DNA from: Lingula anatina
Taxonomy: Eukaryota; Animalia; Brachiopoda
Assembly: GCA_051362555.1 (NCBI GenBank)
Contig: CM120641.1
Location: 2,418,001-2,482,000 of the forward strand
Direction of reading: 5' to 3'
DNA: 64,000 nt
In this document: piece by piece, positions 1-13,722 of the stretch
Position numbering within the stretch: the first letter of the stretch is position 1
Layout: each line of letters opens with the position of its first letter
The notes under the pieces: model-generated
The model's database searches: none
What the model was told of the DNA's origin: nothing
Seen by the model: only the letters and a program-made list of their open reading frames with translations
Program-made: the position numbers and the translations under genes

Positions 1-1143
1 TATTGATCAAATCATATTTATTCTCAGGTGTCTCCCTGTAATAATGTAATCCTACCAAAGTCATACTTATCTTTCACAATAACAGCAAACTTGAAAGGTA
101 GAATTAAATATGAAGTCAAATTTTAGAAATAAAATAAACAATTTAATAAATAAAGACAATAGCAGATACACTTCAGAATGCACGATTTGCATAAAAAATT
201 TCCTCTTAAAGTTAGCAGCTAGCAAATTGAAGCATTTTACTGGTTTATTTACAGTAAAAGTTTTTCCAATTTGCCTCTCACACATTTTACAACCTGATAA
301 ATTAAGATTTAGTGTTATAGGATACGAAAAATTACAGCTTTTGATGATAAATATGGGTGTTAGCCTATCTCAGAATTGTTGGGGTCATTTCATGGCCTAA
401 AACACCCATATATGAAATTAATGACTTTTTGATTGTGTAAAAAAGAAAATGGGATCAGTTAGGTAACTTTTGATGATTTATGTTATGCACACATTTCATT
501 GAACATTTTTTTGTAAAATCGCTGACTTAGACATGGAAAGGAAGGTATTATCTTCTGATATGAATATAGTTACAAACATATGGTAGAACGAGGTGTCAGT
601 ATTATCCTTTGAAGTAATGCAGGTTTCAGGTAAACAAGGTCTATTTTTCTAGTTATAGGCTATTTAGACCGTAACGCTCGTTTGAAATCAAAGATGCAAG
701 CCGGGTATTACCTAAAAGAATGGAATGACTCTTCAGATAAAGAAAATTTATAGAGATGTTCGTTGCATTTTACTAAACTAAGAAGAGAGATGAAACACTT
801 TTGCCACTTTTGAAGAATAATTTTATTGTGACAGAAATCATTTTGACTAGCAATATATAACAGGTTAATGAATGTTTTTGTCTGGTGGCTGAATTGATCT
901 GGATCTAAACAGGATCGGGTCTCAGTTTAAGTCTAAACACACCTAGAAATACTCACATTACCATTTAGTCAATATCACTTCATTATCTGCTTCTTTATCA
1001 GACACATATTTCAAATCTGGTGACAAGAATGCTCCTTTGAAATGGCACCTTGAAGGCTGTGCATGGTTGAGTTAAAGCAAGGAGATGCCCTCACAGCCCA
1101 GCAGGTGAAGTTCACTTTCTGAATAAAGAACTTGCATTGCTAA

Positions 1144-1360
1144 AGCCCCTTTTACACTGGAGGGCATCCTTTCTGCATCTCGCAGTATGGCCCCATTTAA
1201 GAGTAAAAAAAAAAAACTTTCCGTTGACAACTGGCTTATCATCGAGCATTCGTTCTGCAACCAACGCGATGCCAGTGCTTCCTTTTTATGACCATAGCGA
1301 TGCCAGATTCATGGTCAGACAAAGGATGCAGAAAGGATGCCGTCCAGTGTAAAGGGGGTC
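1144..1360. mobile_element. PIF/Harbinger (Tourist-like) MITE, 217 bp
   Basis: ~36-bp terminal inverted repeats (AGCCCCTTTTACACTGGAGGGCATCCTTTCTGCATC vs GATGCAGAAAGGATGCCGTCCAGTGTAAAGGGGGTC), flanked on both sides by TAA (1141-1143, 1361-1363); no transposase ORF. Confidence 0.8.
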
Positions 1361-1641
1361 TAATGAACGTCCAGGAGTTATTCACCCAACCTGCCACAAC
1401 TCATATGCTATAGCATTTTCTCATATATCATATGAAATTGTTTAAATTACATTATACATTTTGCGCAGTTTTATCTCTAAGTGAGTCCCCGGTTCAAACT
1501 AACTAAGAAATGTAAAGAAATTGATTGGAAATACATTATGGACAATAATAACCAAATTTCTGAATGTGATCCAATAACCCATCCGTGCCACATATTAAGG
1601 ATAAATTCCTGGCACAATCTGATAACATGTATGAACATTAC

Positions 1642-4600
1642 CTGATTCCAGTAATCTTTTTTTTATCAAGTCTTGAAGATGACAAAAATAAGTTTACACC
1701 TGTGGAGCTGCTGAGCTCATACTGAATGTTTTCACCAGTGTCTAAAATAATTTGTCTAGTCAGAAGAAAAAGAGAATAAATACCATGTACTTTTCAAAGA
1801 CTTTACCACCAGCAATTTCACGTTTTAATGTTTTTTCTGAGAGTGCCGAAACAAATAATACAGTTGAGCCAATATCTCACCTTATCTCATACCAAGTCCT
1901 CATATAAATAATAATAATGTTAAAAAAACAAGGCAGTATCTTTGAGCTGGTCCCTAATGAACTTCTGCATTACCTGGCCTGTGTGCCGTTCTCTGTGGGT
2001 TCCCCATCTGGCAGTATACATCAACAGCGTTCTCAGCCTTCACTGAGTCACGGCACAGATGCAGGGTTTTCCTCTTTTGATTTCCAACGTCAGGTTCACC
2101 AACACCACCACCACCAACCCAGTTTGCCAGAGAGTTCAGAAGTCATTATCAGCGTTTCTTGGTCTGTGGAGTTCAATCGACCCCCTGTCCCTATGTGTAT
2201 AGGTAATCTCCTGCCCAGTAACTGGAAATCACGGCTGGATATTATGAAATTGATGTGGGATGAAATGGTCTATTAAGTAACAGAACCACGTAGCCATGTG
2301 TAGACGAGATGGTCTGACAGGATTTCTACTTTGATCTACAACTTGAGACAAGCAGTTTTTGCACCATCTTAAGCCAGATATTCATTCATCATGTTTTATG
2401 ACAAGAAAGGTATGGCATGTTACTACAACTTTTTAACAACAGCTATCACTGTTATAAATCATACGGTACATATAGTTTCTAGAGCAGGCTTGAGTAAAAC
2501 TATATTTAATTAATCACCTTTTAGATACCTGCTTTCTTAACTGAGCATTGGCTAACATACTTCATATGGACAGGAAAGTTTCAAACAAATGATTGATGGA
2601 TAATTTAAATTCCTCTCCTAATTCTCAAACCAGCAATATTTTGATGCATGAATGGATATTATACTTTACCACTGAAACAAAAGTTTGTCATAGATGCTTC
2701 AAGTATTGAAAATAATGTACTTAATGTTAATTTAATTTGGCAGATGCAGATGCCATTAGTGAAGCAAATATCACTTTAAAGCATGCGCATGGCAACAATT
2801 TAATATACATGAACATCTCTTAATTAACAAAATTCAATTTTATAGTGATCTTGCTTTTATCATTTTCATAATCCTTTTTAAATGTCCTTACAAAATGAAC
2901 TCTATAAATATTCAAAGTTTGCCAGTGTTACATATATGGTAAGGATCACATTTTCACAATTCTTGGTGTTAAGAGGTGTCAGAATATGAGCCTTGCATCT
3001 TAGCGTAACCTCTACCTTTTATCTGACTGCGCAGACTTTTTCGGCTGTTAGGTTGCCTCTCGAGATGTGAACCATTTCTGAAGTAGCTCCAGGTGGAAAT
3101 GCAGCACTACGAGAGGAATAAATAACATAAAAAATGAGGGTAAAAAACTAAAACATCCAGGAGCAGTTTCTGCAGGTGCTGGAGGTGTTTTTATGGGGTT
3201 TGCCATGCAGAGATTACATGCATGTTTTGTTAGTCAGTGGCTAATGCTATTATGGCATATATTATAATGATTTGCTTCCTTTCAATAAATTGTCGATATA
3301 TCATTTATTATAAAAAAAAATGGTTTTGAGAGATTCCAAGCTCATCTACGCACACTAGGTCACCGAACTCCCTAAATCTATTAGTATCATTTAATGGTTT
3401 TATAAGGCTCATAAATTGGTGAAACTTATAATTTTAGTTAAATTTTTTAAAAAATGATTCTCTTGAATTTTAACAGCTTAAACGTCCTTGCAACATCTGT
3501 ATAATGCTAAAGACCCGTGATTGATGTGTAAGTGCTTTTGATATCTTGACCATTTTGATTATCATCATTCCGCAGAGTTTTGTAAATGTCAGTTGAACAC
3601 TGGACACCACAAGAAGATGCTCTCCTAACCTTTACTTTCTAAGTACTGGATGTATTGATTCAATCCCTCCACTAGTGCCAAAAAAGAAAAAAAAAGAACA
3701 GCTATACCCATTAACTGTATTTATATTTTGTTTGTTTGCTGCTTTTGCGTGTGGAATTCAGCATGTAAACATACATCACACTTTTGATTTCCCCAAGATG
3801 TCAGAGAAGCTAAACATGTATTATTAGCAGTGATATTCTGGAGGGTCTATGACTTTCTGTTCCTGTAATTTCTTTTTTATTATTGAATGTACTGCTCAAT
3901 TCAAGTGAATGACTTGCTATATTATGATCGAGGCATGCAATAAAAATGTTTTATTAGTAAAGCATTACTTAATGGAGCTTGATCCATGTTCCAGTGCTAA
4001 ACATTTACACCTGCTTCTAACTATCAAACAACAGCATAAGGACTATTTCTTCAAATAAATGAAAATACGAACTTCACATAAATGCAATGCTTTAACTAAG
4101 AGAAGAAAATAACTAAGCCTTCCTTGCAGTTTTACTTCTACATAAAAATGCTGTTTATATGAACAAGTTTGAAAGCAAGAGTAAATACATAATCATCAAG
4201 AGTAAATAGATAATTACTTCACATTTGATACCCCCTTGCCATCTTGATGTCTGAATTTGCTTCAATCAATTTTTGTACCCAAAAAAAATTAATTAATGGG
4301 AGATATGACATACTGCATTCAGCTGTGGGCATGCTGGATAAAAATATCAAGAATCAATGAGAAGAGTTCCCAAAAACATTACTTGGCATTTATGACCTAG
4401 GCCCGTTGAGGTTGTAATTTTGAATGCCCAAAAATGATACAGTGCTCATCGTACAGTAGCAGGACGCTTCATGCGTTAGCACTGATTTGCGGTTTCTAAT
4501 ATGTTATGTGCACCTAACAACGTTCTTTCGTGCGTTAACACAAATAATGCATATATGTGAATAGGAGCGCTAAGCCCCGCTTTAAACGATTAAGAAAGAA
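1642..4600 (-). ncRNA. Possible spliced divergent transcript (lncRNA or 5' UTR exons) from the SVIL promoter
   Basis: Minus-strand polypyrimidine acceptors at 3107 (ttattcctctcgtag) and 1756 (ttctctttttcttctgactag); donors at 4382, 3015, 1973 and 1641 (the last two CAG|GTAATG). No convincing ORF across them. Confidence 0.25.
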
Positions 4601-4953
4601 AATGAGTCGTCGTCCTTGTTGATTTTTAATATTTTCAACCCTGTTTTTTTTCTTGACACCCCTTCTCCACCTGTCTATCACACGTGGTCTTGGATGACAA
4701 GTGATCGCGGCGTCACGTGCTGCACTTGTCCCTTTTGTTTACATGGGAGTTCTTTGGGGAAAGGAGAACGGAATTATTCCTGCTGCGGGGACGAGCAAGA
4801 AAGTGAAGGGGGAATTTTGAATATCGAAAATGTTCTTACAGTAACCGTTAAAAACATCGCTTGATTTAGCAGTGTAGCTATTCTCAATAGCACGCAACAT
4901 CTAGAAAATTCACAGACGCTCCGTGATTTGATGATCACGCTGTAATTTTTAAG
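4440..4953 (+). promoter_or_regulatory. CpG-enriched putative promoter of the long SVIL isoform
   Basis: Local CpG enrichment against a CpG-poor background, two CACGTG E-boxes (4681, 4714; the second is GTCACGTG), followed by a strong donor AAG|GTAAGA at 4953/4954. Confidence 0.55.
4780..4953 (+). other. SVIL: Putative non-coding first exon (5' boundary approximate)
   Basis: Ends at AAG|GTAAGA immediately downstream of the CpG-rich region; an in-frame TAA just before the donor argues it is UTR. Confidence 0.45.
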
Positions 4954-5801
4954 GTAAGATCGTTTAGAACACTCGTTGATTGATTTTGAATCTGATGAAA
5001 TTGATGAAGGGTTACTGCATACTCGGCATACGGTTAACCATGAAAATAATTAGCAGTACGTTTTTCTCAGGTCTTTCCCACAGCACTATACGTATTTGAG
5101 ACGCAGTCGTATCATACTCTTTTCTTTTTGAAAAAACCTACTTCCAAGAGCTTGCACATTCCACCAAACCGCTGTCCTTCACTGCTTCAGGTGAAATGCT
5201 TTTTGTAGAAAAAGACATACAATCTCATGATCTTTGCCATAATGCCTTGAACAATGACTTGTCTAGCCCCAAGTGGAATGGTTTGAAAAAATGCGCGTTA
5301 TAAATGACATGTGCAGATACGGTGCAACGCTCTTAATGTATTTAGAGAATTAATGGCCAAGTTTAGTACATTTAAATACTGTGAATGTAATTACTGCTTG
5401 CACAGATTAGTCTGTCACTGCCACATATAAAATGGATTGCTTGGTAAAGCGAAGAGTAGCGGCGTTTGAAGGTTAGTTACTTTCTGGTCATTTCAAACCG
5501 CACTTACCCTTCCACATGGTATGTCTGTTATGTCAATGAATCAGAGTACATGTCCATGTAGTACAGTGGATGATTAGAGAAATCTTGAAGTCCTGTGTTT
5601 ATTCCCACCCTTTTGATGTTGAAACATGGGCCTGCAATATTGATTGAGTTTCCTTGTAGGTGAAATCCTGTTTATTAAAAAAAGCCAGTTTCTGACCTGT
5701 GTCTTAAGAAATACAGGGACTGGGTACAGTATGGATTATTGCCTAGCGTTATTGTTCACAGTGGCCAGATTAGGAAATTTTGGAGATCTATGGGTTTAGA
5801 G

Positions 5802-5958
5802 GGGGCGTGTCGATAGTCTGAAGGTTCTTTGGTCCGAAAAATGGAAGCATTTTCATTGGTTTTTTAATCAAGGGTTCATTGGTCCGAAGGTTCTATAGTG
5901 AACATTCGGACCAATGAACCTTCAGACTATTGCACCTTCGGACTATTGCTACGGCCCT
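5802..5958. mobile_element. Small non-autonomous DNA transposon (hAT-like, 8-bp TSD)
   Basis: Perfect 8-bp direct repeat GTTTAGAG at 5794-5801 and 5959-5966; imperfect TIRs; internal ~15-bp subterminal repeats (GGTTCATTGGTCCGAA) in both orientations. Confidence 0.7.
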
Positions 5959-8894
5959 GTTTAGAGTATCAACTTGTTTTGGTGATTATACTCCAGTGCT
6001 CACGAATATTTTGTACAAATGAAAAATTGGTTTCATTCCAGTGGTTTATTTCTGAACATTAAAAAGCAATTAGGGAACTGTTAGGTAATTTGGTCCTGAA
6101 AGAGTACATGATTTGTAGTATTAAATGAAACACTCCTGCTTCTGTTTAATAAATTAACACTGTTCTTGAAAAGGAACTTGGTGCAAACTTATATCGTCAG
6201 TTTTCACTGTACTGTATTTAAACTGTGTTCTTCATGGAAAGCAAGGATAGTGAGTTTGAAAGTCAATAGAAAATGTATCGGATTGTGTTGTGCATCAAAT
6301 TTTGAACTTTGGGACATATTGGATGCCAAAGAAAATGGGATTGTTTTTATGTCACTATAAGGTTGCTAGGTAGTTCTGGTACTAAATAGGTACGATCAGA
6401 TGAATATGCTATATAATATAAGAACCCCTCAAAAGTATATTAGAGGAAGCCTTAATAGCATATAGCCTTGAGTGAATCCGTAAAGAAAGTAAATTTCTGT
6501 TCTATGGTCTGTTTGCTCTTTTGAATTAAGGTTAATGTAGCTTAGCATCCTTATATTTATCTAAAGCATCAGATTCAGAGAAGTAATGATACAGTTTAAG
6601 TTTTCACATAATTATAATTAAATCATTTTATTAGGATATTAACAGGCTTGATATTTTTATCAATACTAGTACATACATTTTTGACAATTTATCTGCTGTT
6701 TACCACAGATATAAGATATTTCCCCCTTAGTTCTGTGCCATTCATAATATTACTACAGAAGAAAATATTCCGACAGTGTCCGATTAAAAGTAAGTAGACT
6801 TTGGCTGCAATTTGTTGATTTCCTTAAAGAAAATACTCATTTACGGAGGAGCCTTTAGCTAATGCATATTTTCTTGTTGCACTCAAAATCAACAAGTTTC
6901 TGCGTGGGTCATATTTATTGATTCAACTTAAGAAATGGGCTGGGAGTGTCAAGACTATAGCACAAAGGCAGGGGTATGAACATGAAATGAGCAAAGAAAT
7001 GTACACATGAAATGTACATGCAATATACACACGTGGCCGTGTCAGAAACCATATCTGGGATAACAGCAGCCTGTTTTCTTCACTAACAAAGTTCTGAATG
7101 CAAATAATTTTCAAAATTGAATGCATAGTTTGACTTGGATATGAGAGGAAATCTTCTGCAAGGGAAGTTAAATACTGATTGCTTTGTTCACTCTCTCTCT
7201 CTCTCTCTCTCATTTAATTTTATTCATAGAGATACCCTTATAAACAATAAAGGCAACAAACTTTTCAAAACATTCTAATCAACATTTCAAGTATAACTTA
7301 CAAAAACATTGTTTTGACAATTGTAGAAAATTACTGATTTACTAATTCTTGTAATTGCATATAAGTGGGCATATTATGTATCTAATAATCTCATACAGGT
7401 ATCACATTTTACTGTCATTTTATCTAGTATTTGAAAGCCCCTGTAACTTAATAATTGATATATTGGTAAAATCAGACTAAGGAAGCACTATAACAAGAAA
7501 TTTGTTTTTAGATATGTATCAAGGGGTATGTTGTTTATATTACAATATGTGAAAGCAAAGATGAGAGTTTCTGATGTTGAAGATGTATTTTACTAGAGGC
7601 CAATGTGCTGTACAGTATGTACAGTATTTCTATGGAGTAATTATGCTGGTTTTGTGGGCATTAGGGAAATTAATTTGTCTGCTTCATGTTTGTATGCATA
7701 CACCATCTTTAGTCTCCACTAAGTGCCAACATTTCTCCTATTCAGTGAAAATTGACAGTTTTTATATGCAGTTTTTTCCCTTTTATACATAGGAAAATGT
7801 GTCTAAAATAATTCAGTTTCATTATCATGTATCCCTGTATAGAAATACACAAAATACTTTATGGGCCACTATATTCACAGTCAAGAGTTTGTCACTTTCA
7901 CAAATTTTTCATTTTGACCAAATCCGTGATATCTTGGTAAGAGTAGATTTATTGAAAATAAAATAATGAAGCCAAAATTATTAATTGTCTTTGCTATACT
8001 AGACCTAAATGTATGTTCCATGATTGTGTGAGCCTGTATATATGTGTGTGTGCGTGCATGCATGTGCGTGCACCCTGAGAATTTGAGGATGGATGATGAC
8101 ACTCCTGTAACAATCATTATTTATGTTGAACCAAAATTTAAAATGGAATCTGAATATTGGAGTGTGCTAGCTAGAGTTTAAAAACATCAGTTTTAAAACT
8201 GTCTTCATTTATATAAATAGTAGATAACCACAGCAGTGCTTGCATGATAAAAGCCAATTCCACTTCCTTTATTAGGCAGAACTTGTGCATTGTTGTAGGC
8301 TGATAAGCAGAAAATAGAAGATGGTCTGTCTTCGTGTCCTAGATCATTAATAGTGATTGTCACCAAACCCCTGTGTCATCTTGCAGGTACCATAGAAATC
8401 TATATATCACATTTTAATTGTTATTGGTGAGTAACCTTGTGCACAAGGAGTAACATTAGAGCATATGTTGTTGTCTTTTTGAATATAAAGGAGCAATAGA
8501 GGATTACCATTAATAAGCTTGATAGTCTTTATTATTACCAGTACATTTGTGCCCCTGGATTAATTGTTTGTAAACCACATCCAAGTGGAAAAACTACTTA
8601 AGAGAAGTATATGAAACAGATGAATATGCCAGTTGTCTGTGTGAGGTAAGTTCTCATCAAATAGATTTATTATTGATGCAACTAATGGCAACTGGCGGAC
8701 TGCTTATCAGAATTTACTTAATCGGGAGGTTTAACGTGAAGGTGTCCCTGATTGTGGGTTTTATGCTGGTGAAATATGTGTGTCTTATATTAAGTAGTCA
8801 CAAAAGAAGTCTTTGGTATGCTGACTGAACTGTTTACTAAAGTCTGAAGAGGTTTAAGCAGAATTTCGCACAAATATTTGTTGTCAGTGTACCA

Positions 8895-9015
8895 CATGTA
8901 TATCGAATTGCCAGTTTTTCCAAAGAGGAAATTTAATTTTTGAAAGGCAGATGCATGTATATCAAATTGCCAGTTTTTTCAAAAGAGGAAATTTAATTTT
9001 TGAAAGGCAGATGCA
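8895..9015. repeat. Tandem duplication, ~59-60 bp x2
   Basis: CATGTATATC(G/A)AATTGCCAGTTTTT..AAAGAGGAAATTTAATTTTTGAAAGGCAGATG repeated head-to-tail. Confidence 0.9.
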
Positions 9016-9584
9016 GCAAGATCCGTTCAGTATTACTAAGATATCTCATTCTAGGTGAGGTGTTTAAATCCCGAGTATACATGATTCTAGTTGTTGAATG
9101 ACATTCAGGCTTCACTACGGTCTCAAATTGGACCAAGTCTGGACACGCCTTGGCTTATCACATACAAGCTACATATAGATAGGCCACAGGATATTCTAAA
9201 AAGATAAAATGGAAGTGAAGATGGTGGGTTATTGACCTGCTTTCTCCCTATTTTCCCAACCAAGTGCAGCTCGCCCTGTGGAGTAACCTGTGGATATCAG
9301 ATGTAAGTGCACAGCTGTAGATGATACCTTGTTTAGTGGTATAGTTTTAATGTCCAGCTCATATCTATGGCAGTCTACCTGCTTCTATTTCAATTGGTAT
9401 TGAGAATAGCTGTTTACTGTAGTCTGTTTGGGGTTTGACATTTGCTTTAACGTGTGGAAGTTTGGGACAAATTATTATCAGTTTGACATGAAAAGTTTTA
9501 CACTAATGTTGATGTTGTTTTAAGTGTTTGTGCATGTGTGTGTAAGTGTATGCAAGCAGGTGTGTGTGTATATATATATATGTT

Positions 9585-9751
9585 CAGGGGCAGATTTAGG
9601 CCGTCTTCTGGGTCTTCCGGAAGACGGTCAGATTTTCAAGTTTACATTGACGGGTATCTAATTTTTTTGTCAGAAGATGGTCAAAAATTGAGGGTTGATC
9701 AATGAAGATGATTTGGAAGCCTGTCATAAAATATATCTGGATCCGCCCCTG
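9585..9751. mobile_element. MITE with CAGGGGCGGATCCAG-type TIRs
   Basis: Begins CAGGGGCAGATTTAG and ends CTGGATCCGCCCCTG; ATGTT directly flanks both ends. Confidence 0.7.
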
Positions 9752-10274
9752 ATGTTTATGTGCTAGCAAAGTTTTATAAATTGGTGGATGAAGTTAAAGG
9801 GGAGACTTATAGATTGGCATCATAATATAGATGGTAAAATTTCCTTAGACATATATCAATGGAGTAAATCATAAGTTCCTAATAATTTTGCAATGCCAGT
9901 AAATGAAAGATTCATATTTGTCTTTAAGAATTTAATTGAAAGGCACTTTTCTAGTATTGTAGTGTTGGCTTTATAACATCTAACTTCTATCCTGTAGGCA
10001 AGGGGGTTCGGGGAGATACAAAAGAACAGCTTTTGTGGGTAGAAAAGGTTATCTCTGAATCTGCTGTAGGTTCTTGTTGGTCCACTTTATAAAAAAGAAA
10101 AGAAAAAGAATCCTTTGTGAAATTGCTGGCTACAGACAAGAACACTCATGGATTAGACAGCATTGTAACTATTTCTAACCATGAGAAACCTATCTAATCA
10201 CTCTTTTGCCCCCCCCCTCCCCACACACATACACATGCACACACACACACAGTCGGCAGACACTGTCATTAGAA

Positions 10275-10305
10275 ATGGTATCGACGAAGTTGTCTTTTAT
10301 GGTAC
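10275..10305 (+). CDS. SVIL: Putative start-codon exon of the long isoform (MVSTKLSFMV-R); exon ~10253-10305
   Basis: Acceptor CAG ending 10252, gaaATGg context, donor C|GTAAGT in phase 1, matching the phase-1 acceptor at 14481. Confidence 0.5.
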
Positions 10306-10879
10306 GTAAGTTAATACAGTAGTAAGCTGTATACTAGTAACTAATAGCTTGCATGGTAATGTTGCTACAATCTGATAAAAATCTGTGGCCTGAATTTCAG
10401 TTTTCACACGGAGATGAAACTACAAAAAAAAAAAAAGAAAAGAAAAGACATGCTTAGTTATCATGTTTGCAAGGTCATCTCTACAACTCTGTCTACACCA
10501 AGAGAGTTTCCGTCATGCTGATCTTGGGTTAGGAGATCCAGATTTCTATCTTTTCCCAATACCTCAGGTGTTAGTCAGGGTTTTGCCACAGTATCCAGGT
10601 TAATTTGGTCTTCCCAGGCAGCTTATTTATATGTTAGGACAAGTGTTGTTCCTAGTTTGTGGTCAGCATGGTGGATATTATGGCAGCAGGGAGATAGAAA
10701 ATGATTCATAAAGCAAACAGAATGTTGAGATAATTTTTTCTGGTATACCAAGACCATCTAGATGAGATATTAATGTACGAGGATGTACTGTATACTGAAG
10801 GAAAACTCTCTAAGATGATGGGTTTCATGATCTTTGTTATGGAGCTTGATTGCTAAGTCTCCATTTCTAAAGACACGTT

Positions 10880-11400
10880 TAAACTTGGCAAACAACACTG
10901 TGACAACAACCATAATCTAACAATGGCTTCTTTGGACAGGGTTTATTGTTCAGCATCATTGTGATACAACATTGTTTTCTGACTAAGTACTTTGTTCACT
11001 TACCAGTGAATAAATTTCTTGAGAAAGCCCCAAGACAAATCTATGAACCTGTTTCCTTTATCATTTGGAAATTATGTAGCTGAAATGAGTTCTTATTAGG
11101 TTATTGTCGGCATTTGTAAAGTCAATTACAAAATCAATAAACTCATTGAACTCACTTGACCAGGCGTCAGCTCCCCCCCCCCTCCTCCCCTCCTCAATCA
11201 ACAAAACCCAAACCTTTATCAATAATATGGCACAAACATTTGTATTGCTTTGCATGCATTCCTCTTTTGAAAGACCTCTCCGTCCTGTTAAATCACTAAT
11301 ATTATCCAACAGTTCAATTGTGGTCAATGCTTGAAAAGTGATTGTGGTCATTTCATTGGGAGTTCCCACAGGCTTTAACCCATATTTGTTACTGTAGACC
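10880..11400 (-). mobile_element. Heavily decayed Penelope-like reverse-transcriptase remnant
   Basis: Minus-strand peptides in the expected order, broken by frameshifts: VGTP (cf. GT(A/P)MG), Y-IDKGLG (cf. YIDD), WSSEFNEFIDF, RFIDL (cf. FLDL). Motifs recognised by eye only. Confidence 0.35.
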
Positions 11401-11427
11401 CTGCAAGGGATATCTAAAGTTAAATCA

Positions 11428-11536
11428 GGCTGTAAAGAAATGACCAAATCATAGTTTGGCTATAAAGAAATGACCAAATCATGACCAGGCTGTAACGAAA
11501 TGATCAAATCATGGCCAAGCTATAAAGAAATGACCA
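11428..11536. repeat. 30-bp tandem repeat, ~3.6 copies
   Basis: Unit GGCT(G/A)TAAAGAAATGACCAAATCATxxxxx repeated at a 30-bp period. Confidence 0.85.
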
Positions 11537-13665
11537 GACTGTGGTGTCCATTGCGTGGCCAAGTTAGATTAAGACAGTGACATAGTCTGGTTACTGTGAT
11601 AAATGACACTAAGACATGAAAGCCCAGATGGAGGTGGACATGGGAAAGTCTTGAGGTGAAAGCACCTGTATCTGAAGGTATCAAAACTTGTTGGAATACA
11701 CTTCCTCTGGCAGGATTAACAAGCAGCAATATAAAAGTTATGTCAAAGGATGTATTGTAGTCTATCATGGTGTGGTTTTTGCAAAGCTGTGGTTATAGCT
11801 GCTTATGTTTATCTTTATAGTGCTGTTTGGTAAATTTAGATATAATTTTATGCTGGCCACCTGAAACAGGTCTCTTAGTGGAAAAGTGGAAATAAATGTT
11901 AACAGACTTTTTGCAGCATTATTTGTGATCAGCTGGATTGGAATATACGAGGTATGTTATGGAAAAACTATGTGAGATTTTATTGACAAGGAGCATAGAG
12001 CATCTTTCAGAGGATTTATATACCAGTAATGATGTCCTCCAGTACCTTCTACTAACATCAGAACAGGATTTATTGCCATTAATGGAGGGGAATGTTTCAC
12101 AAGCTTGAAGTAGTTATATTCACTTGTACAGCGTGCATTGTCATATGCTCAGACATGCTACACATCCACACAAGCACACACTCATACCTGCTCATGCACC
12201 CTTACATGCACATACACGCATGCATTCACACGAAAGCACATGTACACAGTTTTTTTCTGTAGGTTTGAAATTTACGAGAAAAAAAGATATCCCTATGTTA
12301 TGGTTTTTGTGATTACTAGTAAAAAGGCTGCATCATAAAGAATAAATTGATATCAACACAAATCTTAATTATGACTTTTATGAGAGACGGGTATTGCAAT
12401 TGAAAACATTAGTCATCTAAACAATGGAAGGGTTGTCATAGGACATTTATTGACACAAAATTATAACAGGTAGAGTCATGTTATTGATAACCTAATTGTT
12501 GAATTACTATACCATAATGGTGTGATAACAGATAACAGGCCACTTGTTGGAACTGTTAGACTTAATTACTTAATTGCTGGCTGAGTAAATGATTATACCT
12601 TTGTCACTGGCATACCTATGCTGGACCTGTTCAGACAGGATAATTTTAGACCCGACCTAAGCTTGCTGGCAGTATAAATGGACTAGACCTGTAAGTTTTC
12701 ACTAAAACTCTTATCCAATCACCTGATTATGTGATTAAGACATATTTCTGGTGTAAAGTAATCCTGGTTTGAATGCGACTTAAATCTCAGTGTTGTTTGC
12801 CTTTTGTGAAATGTTTTCCCATCTTTTTTCCTGAGGGGTAAGTTATGACATAATGTGACCACTTCAGTGTGGAGAAAAATTTCACTTGCAAATCCTGTTG
12901 ACTAGACTACAATGGATTGAATATGTAATGGTGACAGCACATTTGAATGGGTCTATTCAAAGGGTTTGTGACATGAAATTGCTTTCAGTGAGTGTAGGGT
13001 CATGGAGAGAGGTTAGAAATTCCCACTGGCACTGTAGTTTGCTGAGTAGCACCATTTCAGACAGACAATTACAAGTGACAGAACAGTAATTAAATTGTGT
13101 TGGTAAGTAGTGACATTTCGTTTATATGGTTTGTTATTTGGGCTTGGTGGATATGTGAGTTTCTAAATTTATAATTCTTTCTCTGTTTAAGAGACTTATT
13201 TGTGAGCTAACCAGTTTTTGCATTCAAAGTAATAAGGCAGTGGTTCAGAGTTGATGGTAACTGCAATTAAACTTCTGTCCACAGCATGTAGTCCAAGCAA
13301 TCAGTAACACAAATCATGTACTCGGACATCATTTTCTATTCAATTAAACAGTCCCAATCCCCAGGTGCAGGTTGGGCTACCTGTGTGTTGTTTAGAATGC
13401 ACTAGTTTGTCTTTGTGATCAGGCTGGCCTCGTGTTATACTTGTTTACCAGTCAGGTGCCATTGTAAGCACTTACTGGCGTGTTGTGGTTCATTACACTT
13501 TGAAAATAAAGTCACCCTGCACTCCTGTGCACTGTCTTATTTCTCCAGTACAGAAGGTGGGTGGTCACAGTAGCTTTATAAGAAATGACTGAAGTGTTGT
13601 CAGCTGTAGTGTATGTTATGCATTTAGGGCACAAAGCTCTATATACTTAACTTTATTTTGAAATT

Positions 13666-13680
13666 ACACACACACGCACG

Positions 13681-13719
<39 letters not shown>
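13666..13719. repeat. (CA)n/(CACG)n microsatellite
   Basis: Directly visible. Confidence 0.95.

Positions 13720-13722
<3 letters not shown>

Noticed and set aside
1917-2276. 119-aa + strand ORF with a His-rich stretch
   Set aside because: No recognisable domain, the His run comes from a (CAC)n repeat, and the splice signals here point to the opposite strand.
8611-8645. ATG-led mini-ORF ending in GAG|GTAAGT
   Set aside because: It ends in phase 2, incompatible with the phase-1 acceptor at 14481; no other support.
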